The notes under the pieces were generated by a model. It ran no database searches. It was not told the DNA's origin and saw only the letters and a program-made list of their open reading frames with translations. Made by a program: the position numbers and the translations under genes. This document shows, piece by piece, positions 55,669 through 64,000 of a stretch of DNA of 64,000 nucleotides (the stretch's first letter is position 1; each line of letters begins with the position of its first letter). This stretch comes from an uncultured Gammaproteobacteria bacterium (GTDB lineage: Bacteria; Patescibacteriota; Microgenomatia; CAZETR01; Amesbacteraceae). The stretch lies in assembly GCA_964356225.1 (NCBI GenBank), contig CAYHGA010000002.1:14894-78893 (forward strand), written 5' to 3'.

Positions 55669-57173
55669 CCTTCTGGAGTCTCTTCTACGATTTTGAATTT
55701 TTCAAAGAGGTATCGATCAATTGTTTGATTATAGTTTTGCATTTTCGGTGTTCTCATTTTAGGGCCGTTGTTGGGATCATAAACAACGACTTTGACATTG
55801 TTTTTTTCGATCTTGTCAATAAATTCTAGTTGTTCTTCTTCTGTGGTAATAAACCCGGCCAGGAGATTATTAAACTGGGTAGGACTGGACCTGTGTGACA
55901 GAAAATAAAGACCTGCCATGTAAGGTAAAACCAGCACAGATTCGGTTGAAGTGGAATTTTCTCGTAAGAAAGTTGCTGATCTTTTCAAACTTTCTGCTGA
56001 AGGCTTTGTTGAGTTTGCAGGGTATTTGGAATTGAGATTAAACGTCTGATCAACTATTTGTATCTTATGGTCATTAAAGTGTATCCACCAGACCGATTGG
56101 GATATAGCGGCAACAAACAAGCCAATAATTAAACCATGCAATATAATCCTGGTTTTAAAATTCCGGGTATTTTTAAGAAGAAACACTCCCAAAACAAGAA
56201 ATGGCATTCCCCCTTTTACGAAATGTCCCATATCGCTCCGGCCAAAAACGTAAGGCAGAGCGAGTATTCCTGCAAGAGTAAGAATCGGAATTTCTATATT
56301 GTTTTTGATTATGACAGCTGTTTTTTTTAGAACCAGGAGGATACTAACCAAATATGTAGCTATGATGGCATATCCGTAATAGGCCGTGAATGTGTTACTC
56401 ACAGTGGCTAAATCAAACCGCAAAGGAATTAAATCTAATATGGATGGGAAAGATAAATGGTGAAGTCGGGTAATGGTTATTGCGCCCATAAAGACTTGGT
56501 TTATGAAAGCGCCAAAAATTCCCAAGTTGACCGTCCATAAGACTATAGCCAAAAGCGGTAATCCAAAACCGATTCCCATAAACAGTGAATACACGAACCA
56601 CCTTCTAATCCAGTCTTGGCGGGAAACCAAAAAAAGATGGATCGGCAAAACAACTATGGCAGCTACCCCAAAAGTACCAGGGATGTCTAAACGGAAAAGG
56701 CTAGACAATCCCAGCACCGAACCCGAACAACTAAAGAGCCACTTATTTTTTTGGTCAACGGCTTGAAGAAAAAGATACAAACCCAAAAAAATGAAGGTCA
56801 TCAAAAAAAGACGTTCGATGTTGACATCTAAAAATGTAATCAAAGTAGCTGGAATAGTAGATAATTTCGTTGACGCAAACCTTTTGCAGATGAGGAAAAT
56901 TAAAACTGGCGTAAATGAAAAAATGACGCTGGAAATAATTCTAGGTACTTGTACTGACTCACCGAAAAATTTGAATATTAAAGCATAAAAATAGTTATCC
57001 ATAGGAGGAAATATGGCAAAAAAATCACGATACGGGATGTCTCCAGTTAAAATTCTCCGAGCATTGTGCAGACTCTCCCCTTCGTCCACTAATCCAAAAC
57101 CATAGAACGAGAAAAGAGTAGTTTTAGAAAGAGCTACAAGAAAAATTAGAATTATGATCAGGTTACTTTTCAT
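55641..57173 (-). CDS. GT-C fold membrane glycosyltransferase (ArnT/PMT-like). Its start overlaps the stop of a GtrB-like GT2.
   Basis: 510 aa, about 13 transmembrane helices. First loop LVDEGESLHNARRILTGDIPYRDFF has the D-E-x-x-x-x-x-A motif of GT39/GT83 enzymes. Confidence 0.55.
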   Translation of the reverse strand: MKSNLIIILIFLVALSKTTLFSFYGFGLVDEGESLHNARRILTGDIPYRDFFAIFPPMDNYFYALIFKFFGESVQVPRIISSVIFSFTPVLIFLICKRFASTKLSTIPATLITFLDVNIERLFLMTFIFLGLYLFLQAVDQKNKWLFSCSGSVLGLSSLFRLDIPGTFGVAAIVVLPIHLFLVSRQDWIRRWFVYSLFMGIGFGLPLLAIVLWTVNLGIFGAFINQVFMGAITITRLHHLSFPSILDLIPLRFDLATVSNTFTAYYGYAIIATYLVSILLVLKKTAVIIKNNIEIPILTLAGILALPYVFGRSDMGHFVKGGMPFLVLGVFLLKNTRNFKTRIILHGLIIGLFVAAISQSVWWIHFNDHKIQIVDQTFNLNSKYPANSTKPSAESLKRSATFLRENSTSTESVLVLPYMAGLYFLSHRSSPTQFNNLLAGFITTEEEQLEFIDKIEKNNVKVVVYDPNNGPKMRTPKMQNYNQTIDRYLFEKFKIVEETPEGWLFMKKKI

Positions 57174-58215
57174 GAGCGATCAATGTTGATAATTTGCTCG
57201 GATTGAACAACAGAAGAATAATCAGTAGATCGGTAATCAAAAGGTTAACCACCGGCTCATATAAACCCACCCAGTCTCTGTGTTTGACTGATTTATATAT
57301 GCCCACAAATACGGAAGGGATTATCAAATTGACGTAGACTATCCATATGAATATTTTGAACAGATTTCTTTTGAGATCAATCCAAGTATAGAGATTATTT
57401 TGAAGATGAGAAAAATATACTTTAGTGAGATTATATTTTCGTTTACGGAGTAACTCTTTTAAGCTTGTTACGTGATGGTGATACAGGACGGCTTGAGGAA
57501 CAAAGGCAAATTGTTGATGACCATGAAGCACTAAAAGCTTTAAAAAATCCAATTCTAGAAACATCTCAAAGTTTTTGGTTAACTCCCATAATTGTTTACG
57601 TCTATATAGGCACCGCCCGGATGGCGGGATTCTATCGGTTTCATATTTGCATAAAAAATAACTAGTAAGAGATTTAATAATCGTTGATTCAACTGATGGA
57701 GTAAGCCATTGATATAATCCGTCCCGTTGGAGAACGTCAAAAGATAAATATCGTTCGATAGGAGCAGAATTCGGACCAGCTCCTTCTTTGGTAAAGCTAG
57801 CAACTATTCTAATATCTTGTTCCAAAGGAGTAACTAGTTGTTTAAAAAAATCTTTACTTATTAGTTCTACGTCTGCATCCAGATACATGAAGTACTTACC
57901 CGTTGCCGCCCTAAATCCGATCATTTTACCGATTTCACCGTGTTTTTGGCCGTTTCGTAAAAGCAGTACTGGATATTTTTTGGCAATTTTTAAGGTGTGA
58001 TCTGTAGAATCATCATCTACTACCAATACTTCTAATTTGTCTTTAGGATAATCCTGACCAAAAATTGAGTCTAAACATTTCTTGATATTTTTTCCCTCGT
58101 TAAAGGTTGGGGCAACGACTGAGATTTTTGGCCAGATCATTTTTCTAAATATTTTGTAAACAACAGTCCTTTTGCAAAGGTGTAAGCATAACTTAAATGT
58201 GATAAATAAATGCAC
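57163..58215 (-). CDS. GT2 glycosyltransferase with C-terminal transmembrane helices (GtrB/DPM1-like)
   Basis: 350 aa. ISVVAPTFNEGKNIKKCLDSI...LEVLVVDDDSTDHT...YLDADVEL, plus two C-terminal helices. Confidence 0.7.
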   Translation of the reverse strand: MHLFITFKLCLHLCKRTVVYKIFRKMIWPKISVVAPTFNEGKNIKKCLDSIFGQDYPKDKLEVLVVDDDSTDHTLKIAKKYPVLLLRNGQKHGEIGKMIGFRAATGKYFMYLDADVELISKDFFKQLVTPLEQDIRIVASFTKEGAGPNSAPIERYLSFDVLQRDGLYQWLTPSVESTIIKSLTSYFLCKYETDRIPPSGRCLYRRKQLWELTKNFEMFLELDFLKLLVLHGHQQFAFVPQAVLYHHHVTSLKELLRKRKYNLTKVYFSHLQNNLYTWIDLKRNLFKIFIWIVYVNLIIPSVFVGIYKSVKHRDWVGLYEPVVNLLITDLLIILLLFNPSKLSTLIAHEK

Positions 58216-59144
58216 AAAGGTAGAATTAGGGCGACTTTCCAGTCAGCTATTCTTAAGGCATCGATCATGCCAATTATGTATAAAATGATTCCCAACATTA
58301 ATACCTGCGGAAAAACGATTGAGGTTAACATTAAAATTATGGTTATAATAATGCCAAGTAAGGGCATGAAGTAACTGGGACGAAGTGATGTTTGGGGATA
58401 TTTTTTAACAAAATATCCTCTGTGCAGACCCACATTGCCAACTTGGGCTAGATATCCTTCTGGAAAATGTCTCCGGTGGTGGTAAACCACTATTTCGGGA
58501 TGGTATAAAATTTTTTTCCCGGAATTAATTAGTTTGAGACATAAAGCAGTATCTTCACCTCCGTAAAATTTATTGCCGAAGCCGCCGATGGAGAGTAAGT
58601 CTTTACGTTTAGCTATTAAGTTATATGCGGGGTAGTCGTCTACCAGCCGGGGTGACTTCTGAATAAATCTGTAGGCATATGGACCCGTGCCCCAAAAGGT
58701 GGAGAGAATGGCTCCAGTGATTTGCTGGCGGAATCCGTCCATGGGGGGAGTTAAACCAGGACCGCCAATGGCGGAAATATCGGGGTGTTGATTAAATATT
58801 TTTATTGCTTGCTTGAGCCAATCCCGCCGGGGGTAAGAATCATCGTCTAAAAAGGCTATATATTCAGCTTTTGATTTAATGATACCAATGTCTCTTTTTT
58901 CAGCCGGACCAGTGCGCGACTGTCCCGTTTCCAAAACACGTATCCGAGGGTTTTTGAAATTTAGCTTCACTCCCTTATCTACTCCTATTAGAATTTCAAA
59001 ATTAGGATATTCCAATTGTAAAGATTGAGCTACTGCTTCATAAAAATATGCTGTTTCTTTATAGAGAGCAATGATAATTGAAATTTTGGGGTATTTTTTC
59101 ATATGTGTGTTATTTTTTTTGAACTTGATAAAATTTGTTTCCAA
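58137..59144 (-). CDS. GT2 glycosyltransferase with C-terminal transmembrane helices
   Basis: 335 aa. ISIIIALYKETAYFYEAVAQSL...FLDDDSYP (DxD); hydrophobic C-terminal 90 aa. Confidence 0.7.
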   Translation of the reverse strand: METNFIKFKKNNTHMKKYPKISIIIALYKETAYFYEAVAQSLQLEYPNFEILIGVDKGVKLNFKNPRIRVLETGQSRTGPAEKRDIGIIKSKAEYIAFLDDDSYPRRDWLKQAIKIFNQHPDISAIGGPGLTPPMDGFRQQITGAILSTFWGTGPYAYRFIQKSPRLVDDYPAYNLIAKRKDLLSIGGFGNKFYGGEDTALCLKLINSGKKILYHPEIVVYHHRRHFPEGYLAQVGNVGLHRGYFVKKYPQTSLRPSYFMPLLGIIITIILMLTSIVFPQVLMLGIILYIIGMIDALRIADWKVALILPLCIYLSHLSYAYTFAKGLLFTKYLEK

Positions 59145-60220
59145 TTGTATCTTCGACTCATTCTCGATGTGTTGCCAGCTAATATCATATATTCTTTATT
59201 ACCAAAATATTTTAAGAAAAGCGTGGCAATTTGTCTGTCATCGTCAAATAATAATCCTGTCTCATCATTTACTATCAGTTCGTCCATACTACTCCCCTTT
59301 TTGGCAATCGTTGGAGTACCAGAAGCGGCTGCTTCCAAAACTGTTAATCCAAATCCTTCCTTAAATGACGAGTGAATTAAAAAATGAGATTTGGCATATA
59401 GAGTGTTTCGTTGTTGATCAGAAACTTTCCCAAGAAACTCTACATTTTTTTGTAAATGGTTTGAGTTCACATAATCTTTAAGTTCCTGAACATAGCCTAA
59501 ATCTCCATCTCCAACTACAAATAATTTAAATTTTGGAAGATTTTTTGATATCTCTCTGGCGGCTCTAAGTGCAGACTCAATACCCTTCATTTTAACAAGC
59601 CTGGCTACGAATAAGGCTGATGGGAAATTAAACTTTGTGGCGGGCTTAAATTTTGATATATCAATTCCCAAAGGAATAATTTTTATTTTCAAATTTGGGT
59701 TTATTTTGAGGATGTCTCTTTTTGTACTTTCTGATATCGCCCAAATTTCGCAGTTTCGATAAACAAGATATACGATTCTTTCTAGAAATTTTCCTATGTG
59801 GTTAATTGGAAAGGGATACATTTTGTCCCAAATTGTACCCGCGACCTCACATACCCATAATACTTTTCGGCCTCTTGCGTAGAGAGGTGAAAATAAAGGT
59901 AGTCCATGAATTGCGTCCACAACTAAGTCGATTTTTTTGTTTCTGATAATTCCCCAACCGATCCAGATGTTATTTAATAAAAATATTGGGTAGGTAAGAA
60001 GCATGGTTAATGTGTTGTAAAACTTCAATTCTGGGCCAACTCTATGAATGGTTAATCCGTGCGTACTTTCGTCTATAGGTAAGTTTCCATAACGGCTCCC
60101 TAACCAAAAAACTTTGTGTCCGGCATCAGTCCAATGTGTGACATATTTCAACATCACTTGCTCTGCTCCTCCACTCCTGGGATTGGACGGATCCCGCCAC
60201 GACAAAATCAAAATGTTCAT
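59099..60220 (-). CDS. Glycosyltransferase family 4 (GT-B)
   Basis: 373 aa. MNILILSWRDPSNPRSGGAEQV (N-domain) ... GFGLTVLEAAASGTPTIAKKGSSMDELIVNDETGLLFDD. Confidence 0.75.
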   Translation of the reverse strand: MNILILSWRDPSNPRSGGAEQVMLKYVTHWTDAGHKVFWLGSRYGNLPIDESTHGLTIHRVGPELKFYNTLTMLLTYPIFLLNNIWIGWGIIRNKKIDLVVDAIHGLPLFSPLYARGRKVLWVCEVAGTIWDKMYPFPINHIGKFLERIVYLVYRNCEIWAISESTKRDILKINPNLKIKIIPLGIDISKFKPATKFNFPSALFVARLVKMKGIESALRAAREISKNLPKFKLFVVGDGDLGYVQELKDYVNSNHLQKNVEFLGKVSDQQRNTLYAKSHFLIHSSFKEGFGLTVLEAAASGTPTIAKKGSSMDELIVNDETGLLFDDDRQIATLFLKYFGNKEYMILAGNTSRMSRRYNWKQILSSSKKITHI

Positions 60221-60224
60221 GAAG

Positions 60225-61994
60225 CTATTTTACTACTTTCCAAATTTGAACGACAGCGTTCTCAAATATTTTCTCGATACCATAATCGCCGGGAGAAAAT
60301 CTCAACAGTTCGGCTGTATGCGCGTATTTACTTACATAAATATAACCGGCACCTGTAGATTTTACTTTGGCTTTCAGCCCGTCCTGGGATTTTGCGGCAA
60401 AAACCCCGCTGTTATAAATTATGGCTTTTCCGGAATATTTCTGAACATAGTTTCTGGCGTTGGCAAAGGCTGCCGGACGGTATTTGCCAAAATACTCGCA
60501 CTGCAAACATTCGCTGTCATAGACCAGCACTTTACCTGGCGGTAATTGCCTCAACTTATCTAATCCAATAATTTCTTCCGGAGAAATCCAATATTTTTCT
60601 TTTTTGAATTTATCCCAATCGAAAGAAATAACAGCCCTGATGAGACTTTTGGGGGCCTTGAGTAAGTGTTTTGTGGTCAGGCCCCAGTCGCTAAAAACGA
60701 TCCCGTCTTGTAAATTTTCTGTTCCAGTATTTAATTCTATCCGCCAATTATTGTTAATTTTGGTGATTTTAATTAATTTTGACTTGAAAAATTCTTTAGG
60801 AGGTTTGTTTATTGATTCAAAATACTTGGGCATGGTTTTGATATTTAGATCAGTGATTTTCCAAACTTCAGAAGGATTTTGGATAGAATCAATTAAAGAC
60901 GGAATGTTGATGCGCAAGTCTTTTTCCCGGTTTGGCCAGAGATAATATGGCTCACGCAAATTCGGCGGATAGACTCTGAAATCAATAATTTTACCGTTTG
61001 TCTGGTCTATGCCCAATCGGTAAAAAGGCGATTGATACCAAATCATGCCGTCAAAATTAATCTTTTGTTCAGGCGATATATTAGAAAATTTATCTGTGTA
61101 CCATTTGGCAAAGTCTTTCATGGTCATTTTGGCTGCGGTTTTTTGGGCTATAGTCTGCATTTGTTTAGCATATTCGCCTTGGTAAGCGTCAGGGCTAAAA
61201 TCGCTTTCCAAGCCTACAGTAACTTGAGAAAATAGATCGGTAAGCTGGGAGAAATAATTGATAGCAAGCTTTGGAGTGGTGAAATAGTCCTGGGTGCTGT
61301 ATAGACTGTTGTAGTAACCCCGGCGGGGCTCGCGCGGAGCCCACTGGAAAGTGATTACTCCTATTTTATTGTCTGGGCTGGCCGCCGGAATACCGGCATG
61401 AAGTTTACTGGGGTAATACGGGGTAGACCAATAAGTACCCCATACCTGATAATTATCAGTCGAGTACTGATCCGCCACTCCCAAATTGGCAATGATCCCG
61501 TATTTGTCGCGCATATACTGCAGCGAGAAACTCTCCACCCACCAGGCCCCAACGGAAACCGGGTAGTAATCAAACTGCTCTTTAAACTTAGCAAACACCG
61601 TATCTATAAACTTGATTCTTTCTTCTTGGGTGTAACCCGATAAAAAAACGGCGTTGGCAAAATGCCAAGAACCGGTGTTGTGATACGAGACTCCCGCAGC
61701 TTTACTAAATTCAGGAGTAATCTCCAAGAAAATTCCGAGTTCTTGACTGGATGAAAATTTTTTAAATTCGGTGACTATTTCTGGTTGATTCAGTACATCG
61801 TAAGTCAGTAACCAAGTTGCTGGTAACTGATATTGGGAAATGATGCTGTGCTGAGCCCGAAGGCTAGCTAAATGGTTGATATTGTATTGAGAAATCCGAA
61901 CTGGATTAACAACTGTAATAAATTGATCGGAGGCCAGGACTGGTGAAGTTATAGAAAAAAAAGCAAGAACTAATAACAAGATTAATTTATCCAT
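60225..61994 (-). CDS. Secreted hypothetical protein (possible glycan-processing enzyme)
   Basis: 589 aa with a cleavable-looking signal peptide (MDKLILLLVLAFFSITSPVLA). Rich in aromatic residues. No family recognised. Confidence 0.4.
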   Translation of the reverse strand: MDKLILLLVLAFFSITSPVLASDQFITVVNPVRISQYNINHLASLRAQHSIISQYQLPATWLLTYDVLNQPEIVTEFKKFSSSQELGIFLEITPEFSKAAGVSYHNTGSWHFANAVFLSGYTQEERIKFIDTVFAKFKEQFDYYPVSVGAWWVESFSLQYMRDKYGIIANLGVADQYSTDNYQVWGTYWSTPYYPSKLHAGIPAASPDNKIGVITFQWAPREPRRGYYNSLYSTQDYFTTPKLAINYFSQLTDLFSQVTVGLESDFSPDAYQGEYAKQMQTIAQKTAAKMTMKDFAKWYTDKFSNISPEQKINFDGMIWYQSPFYRLGIDQTNGKIIDFRVYPPNLREPYYLWPNREKDLRINIPSLIDSIQNPSEVWKITDLNIKTMPKYFESINKPPKEFFKSKLIKITKINNNWRIELNTGTENLQDGIVFSDWGLTTKHLLKAPKSLIRAVISFDWDKFKKEKYWISPEEIIGLDKLRQLPPGKVLVYDSECLQCEYFGKYRPAAFANARNYVQKYSGKAIIYNSGVFAAKSQDGLKAKVKSTGAGYIYVSKYAHTAELLRFSPGDYGIEKIFENAVVQIWKVVK

Positions 61995-62787
61995 CTAGGT
62001 ATGTGTCGGGGAGCCAGTTTTTGCGATTGGAGTCGTCGTAATAGTGAAGAATTTTTAGTCTGTAGAAAACGGCAGCTGAATCCCAAGCCATGTTGAAAGC
62101 GGTTTTGATAAAACCCGTGTTGAATATGGAAGAGGTATGTAGAAATTTCATGGAAAGTTTAACAGGGGCTTCGTATATCTTTGTGAAACCCAAACAATGG
62201 GCTACTGCAAGAATTTCTATATCAAAAGCAAACTTTTTTACGAGAAGCCGAGGAAGAACTGCTTTAATCAGTTCTTTTCTGTAGAGCTTCATGCCTACCT
62301 GAGTATCTCGAACATTTAATCCAAATAACAATTTAACGCCTATCTGGTACCCCCACGACAAAATCTTTCTTTGCCAAGGATAAGTAACCTGGGAAACTGG
62401 ATGGCGCTTTGAAGCTATAATGGCATCTGCTTTGTACCAGTTAAAATGTTCCAGCATCATGGGAATCATGCCGTAATCCAACTCTCCTGAGTCTACAAAG
62501 CCGATTATACGTCCAGTGGAATGAGCCATGCCGTATCGGACGGCAAATCCCTTGCCAGAATTATTTGGGTATCCTATTACTTTAATATTGTTAGTGGAAA
62601 TGGATTTAGTTTTTTCAAAAGTTTTGTCTAAAAATCCATCAACTACACAAATAATTTCATATGGTTTATTGAGACTTTTAAGCACTGTTTCAAGCCGGTG
62701 AAGGGTTTTGATTATGGTTTTTTCCTGCTTATATGCCGGGACAATAATAGAAATATAGGGGTCATTCAAAGTTTTGGCGGGTGGCAT
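61987..62787 (-). CDS. GT2 polyprenyl-phosphate glycosyltransferase (DPM1-like)
   Basis: 266 aa. ISIIVPAYKQEKTIIKTLHRLETVL...IICVVDGFLDKT...GKGFAVRYGMAHSTGRIIGFVDSGELDY. Confidence 0.7.
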   Translation of the reverse strand: MPPAKTLNDPYISIIVPAYKQEKTIIKTLHRLETVLKSLNKPYEIICVVDGFLDKTFEKTKSISTNNIKVIGYPNNSGKGFAVRYGMAHSTGRIIGFVDSGELDYGMIPMMLEHFNWYKADAIIASKRHPVSQVTYPWQRKILSWGYQIGVKLLFGLNVRDTQVGMKLYRKELIKAVLPRLLVKKFAFDIEILAVAHCLGFTKIYEAPVKLSMKFLHTSSIFNTGFIKTAFNMAWDSAAVFYRLKILHYYDDSNRKNWLPDTYLDG

Positions 62788-63988
62788 AGAAACTATAAAT
62801 TATTAAAACTGCCGCAAGTATACCAAAAACAACACTTAAAGAGAAAACCACTTGAGTCAAATTGGCATGAAAGAAATAAATCCCTGCAGCTTCTAACCCC
62901 AGTCCTATAAGTGAAATCCAAGCTGCCTTAATTTTGTTTAAGGCTAATAGAAATCCTGCGCAGGTATTGGCTAACGAATAGCCTAAAATAGCTAACCCCA
63001 TCCAGGCTATTAAAGGAGCAGCCGCTATAAATTTGCTTGAAAAAACGGATGTTATTAATACCTGGGCAGTCAAATGATAGAAACCCACTATTAAAGCCCC
63101 TATTGTTCCCGACACTCCTAATAGTAACCATAAATCACTTCTGGCGCGTCCGGGGTGATGAGATTTTCGAGCCACAACTGGAACCATCGCCGACCCGAGA
63201 GGTGCTTGGGCAAAATATACTACTTTGCCAGCAGTAACAAGAACCGCATAAATTCCTGTCCAATAATCATTAAAGAAATGTTTAACCAGCAAAATATCTA
63301 TCGAGTACATTAGAGTATAGGAAAGCGACAATAACAACCCCCCAAGCCCTAAAGATTTAATAGGCCATTTATGGTGCTCAAATTTGCTGGTTGGCACTTT
63401 AAATATCTCGCGGGCTTGAAATAAATTAATGAACAGAACAACTATTGAGGCTAAAATGACTCCAACCAGCCCCCATCCATACCACTGCGAAATTGAATAA
63501 ACCAGGACTACTGAAAAAATAAGCCTAATTGCCATTTCCACTATTTGATTTGAGACAAGAGCTGTAAACCTAAACCATGCTTTCAGAACTGAACGTAAAA
63601 CTGTAATTATCAATGACAAATAAATAAATACCCAGATTGTGACTACTGGTCCTACTTCCGGGAGATTTAAAAAATGCTGCACGGATTTGGAAAAGAGCAA
63701 TAAGACCGGCAGCATAAACAACGATATTAAGCCTACGCGTTGACCCAGATAAACCAGCAAGCCACGGGTATGAGAAATCATCTTGCCAGGTTCAAAGCTA
63801 GATATTAGTTTCGTTACCAGGAAGTCTAAGGCATTCATCGGCACTCCTACTACATACAGCAAACCGAAGAGTGCTGCTAGAATGCCATATTGTTGTGGCC
63901 CTAATAGCCGAGCCAAAACGAAGTGATAGGCAAAGGCTAGGCCACTAACTACGACGTTTCCAATTAAAAAAATAGAGGTACCTCTCAA
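62762..63988 (-). CDS. Wzx/MurJ-like polysaccharide flippase (MOP superfamily)
   Basis: 408 aa, about 12 transmembrane helices. N-terminus VVVSGLAFAYHFVLARLLGPQQYGILAALFGLLYVVGVPMNALDFLVTKLIS is typical of Polysacc_synt. Confidence 0.55.
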   Translation of the reverse strand: MRGTSIFLIGNVVVSGLAFAYHFVLARLLGPQQYGILAALFGLLYVVGVPMNALDFLVTKLISSFEPGKMISHTRGLLVYLGQRVGLISLFMLPVLLLFSKSVQHFLNLPEVGPVVTIWVFIYLSLIITVLRSVLKAWFRFTALVSNQIVEMAIRLIFSVVLVYSISQWYGWGLVGVILASIVVLFINLFQAREIFKVPTSKFEHHKWPIKSLGLGGLLLSLSYTLMYSIDILLVKHFFNDYWTGIYAVLVTAGKVVYFAQAPLGSAMVPVVARKSHHPGRARSDLWLLLGVSGTIGALIVGFYHLTAQVLITSVFSSKFIAAAPLIAWMGLAILGYSLANTCAGFLLALNKIKAAWISLIGLGLEAAGIYFFHANLTQVVFSLSVVFGILAAVLIIYSFYATRQNFE

Positions 63989-64000
63989 TATCTGGTTACC

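Overview
The window is coding on almost every base and is transcribed mostly on the minus strand. It has two parts.

Part (i), about 1-13.1 kb, is a compact division and cell-wall (dcw) cluster on the minus strand: mraZ, rsmH, ftsL-like, ftsI, dgkA-like, mraY, ftsW, murG, ftsA, ftsZ. ftsZ runs off the window edge. Its likely promoter and MraZ operator are upstream of mraZ. An aminoglycoside-phosphotransferase/choline-kinase-like (APH-like) kinase gene and a plus-strand pcm gene are inserted between ftsW and murG. glyQS, recO and two exported hypothetical genes follow. No mur ligase genes (murC/D/E/F), ddl or ftsQ are present.

Part (ii), about 15-64 kb, is one very large glycan assembly locus. 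It holds:
- an initiating phosphoglycosyltransferase of the PglC type and a ManC-like nucleotidyltransferase;
- about 7 GT4 and about 12 GT2 glycosyltransferases, several of them of the polyprenyl-phosphate-sugar synthase type (GtrB/DPM1-like);
- at least 8 polytopic membrane proteins that look like GT-C glycosyltransferases, including two tandem paralogous giants of 1174 and 1031 aa and one of 844 aa;
- two Wzx-type flippases, a Wzy/WaaL-like protein and a hexapeptide acetyltransferase;
- six class I SAM methyltransferases, three of them in a plus-strand island;
- a UbiA-family prenyltransferase with the motif typical of decaprenyl-phosphate phosphoribosyltransferase, next to a PHP-phosphoesterase::methyltransferase fusion and a protein fusing an NTase/LicD-like domain to a Tmk-like P-loop kinase.

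Two short two-helix ORFs (44 and 51 aa), absent from the ORF track, are translationally coupled directly upstream of giant GT-C genes.

I found no rRNA, tRNA, CRISPR array, transposase or integrase. The gene content (minimal dcw cluster, dimeric GlyRS, dense overlapping genes, weak ribosome-binding sites) suggests a small-genome lineage, possibly Patescibacteria/CPR-like. This is inference only.

The most interesting hypothesis is that this locus builds an extracytoplasmic glycan, possibly O-methylated, from lipid-linked donors. One donor may be a polyprenyl-phospho-pentose, transferred by AftD/YfhO-like GT-C enzymes.
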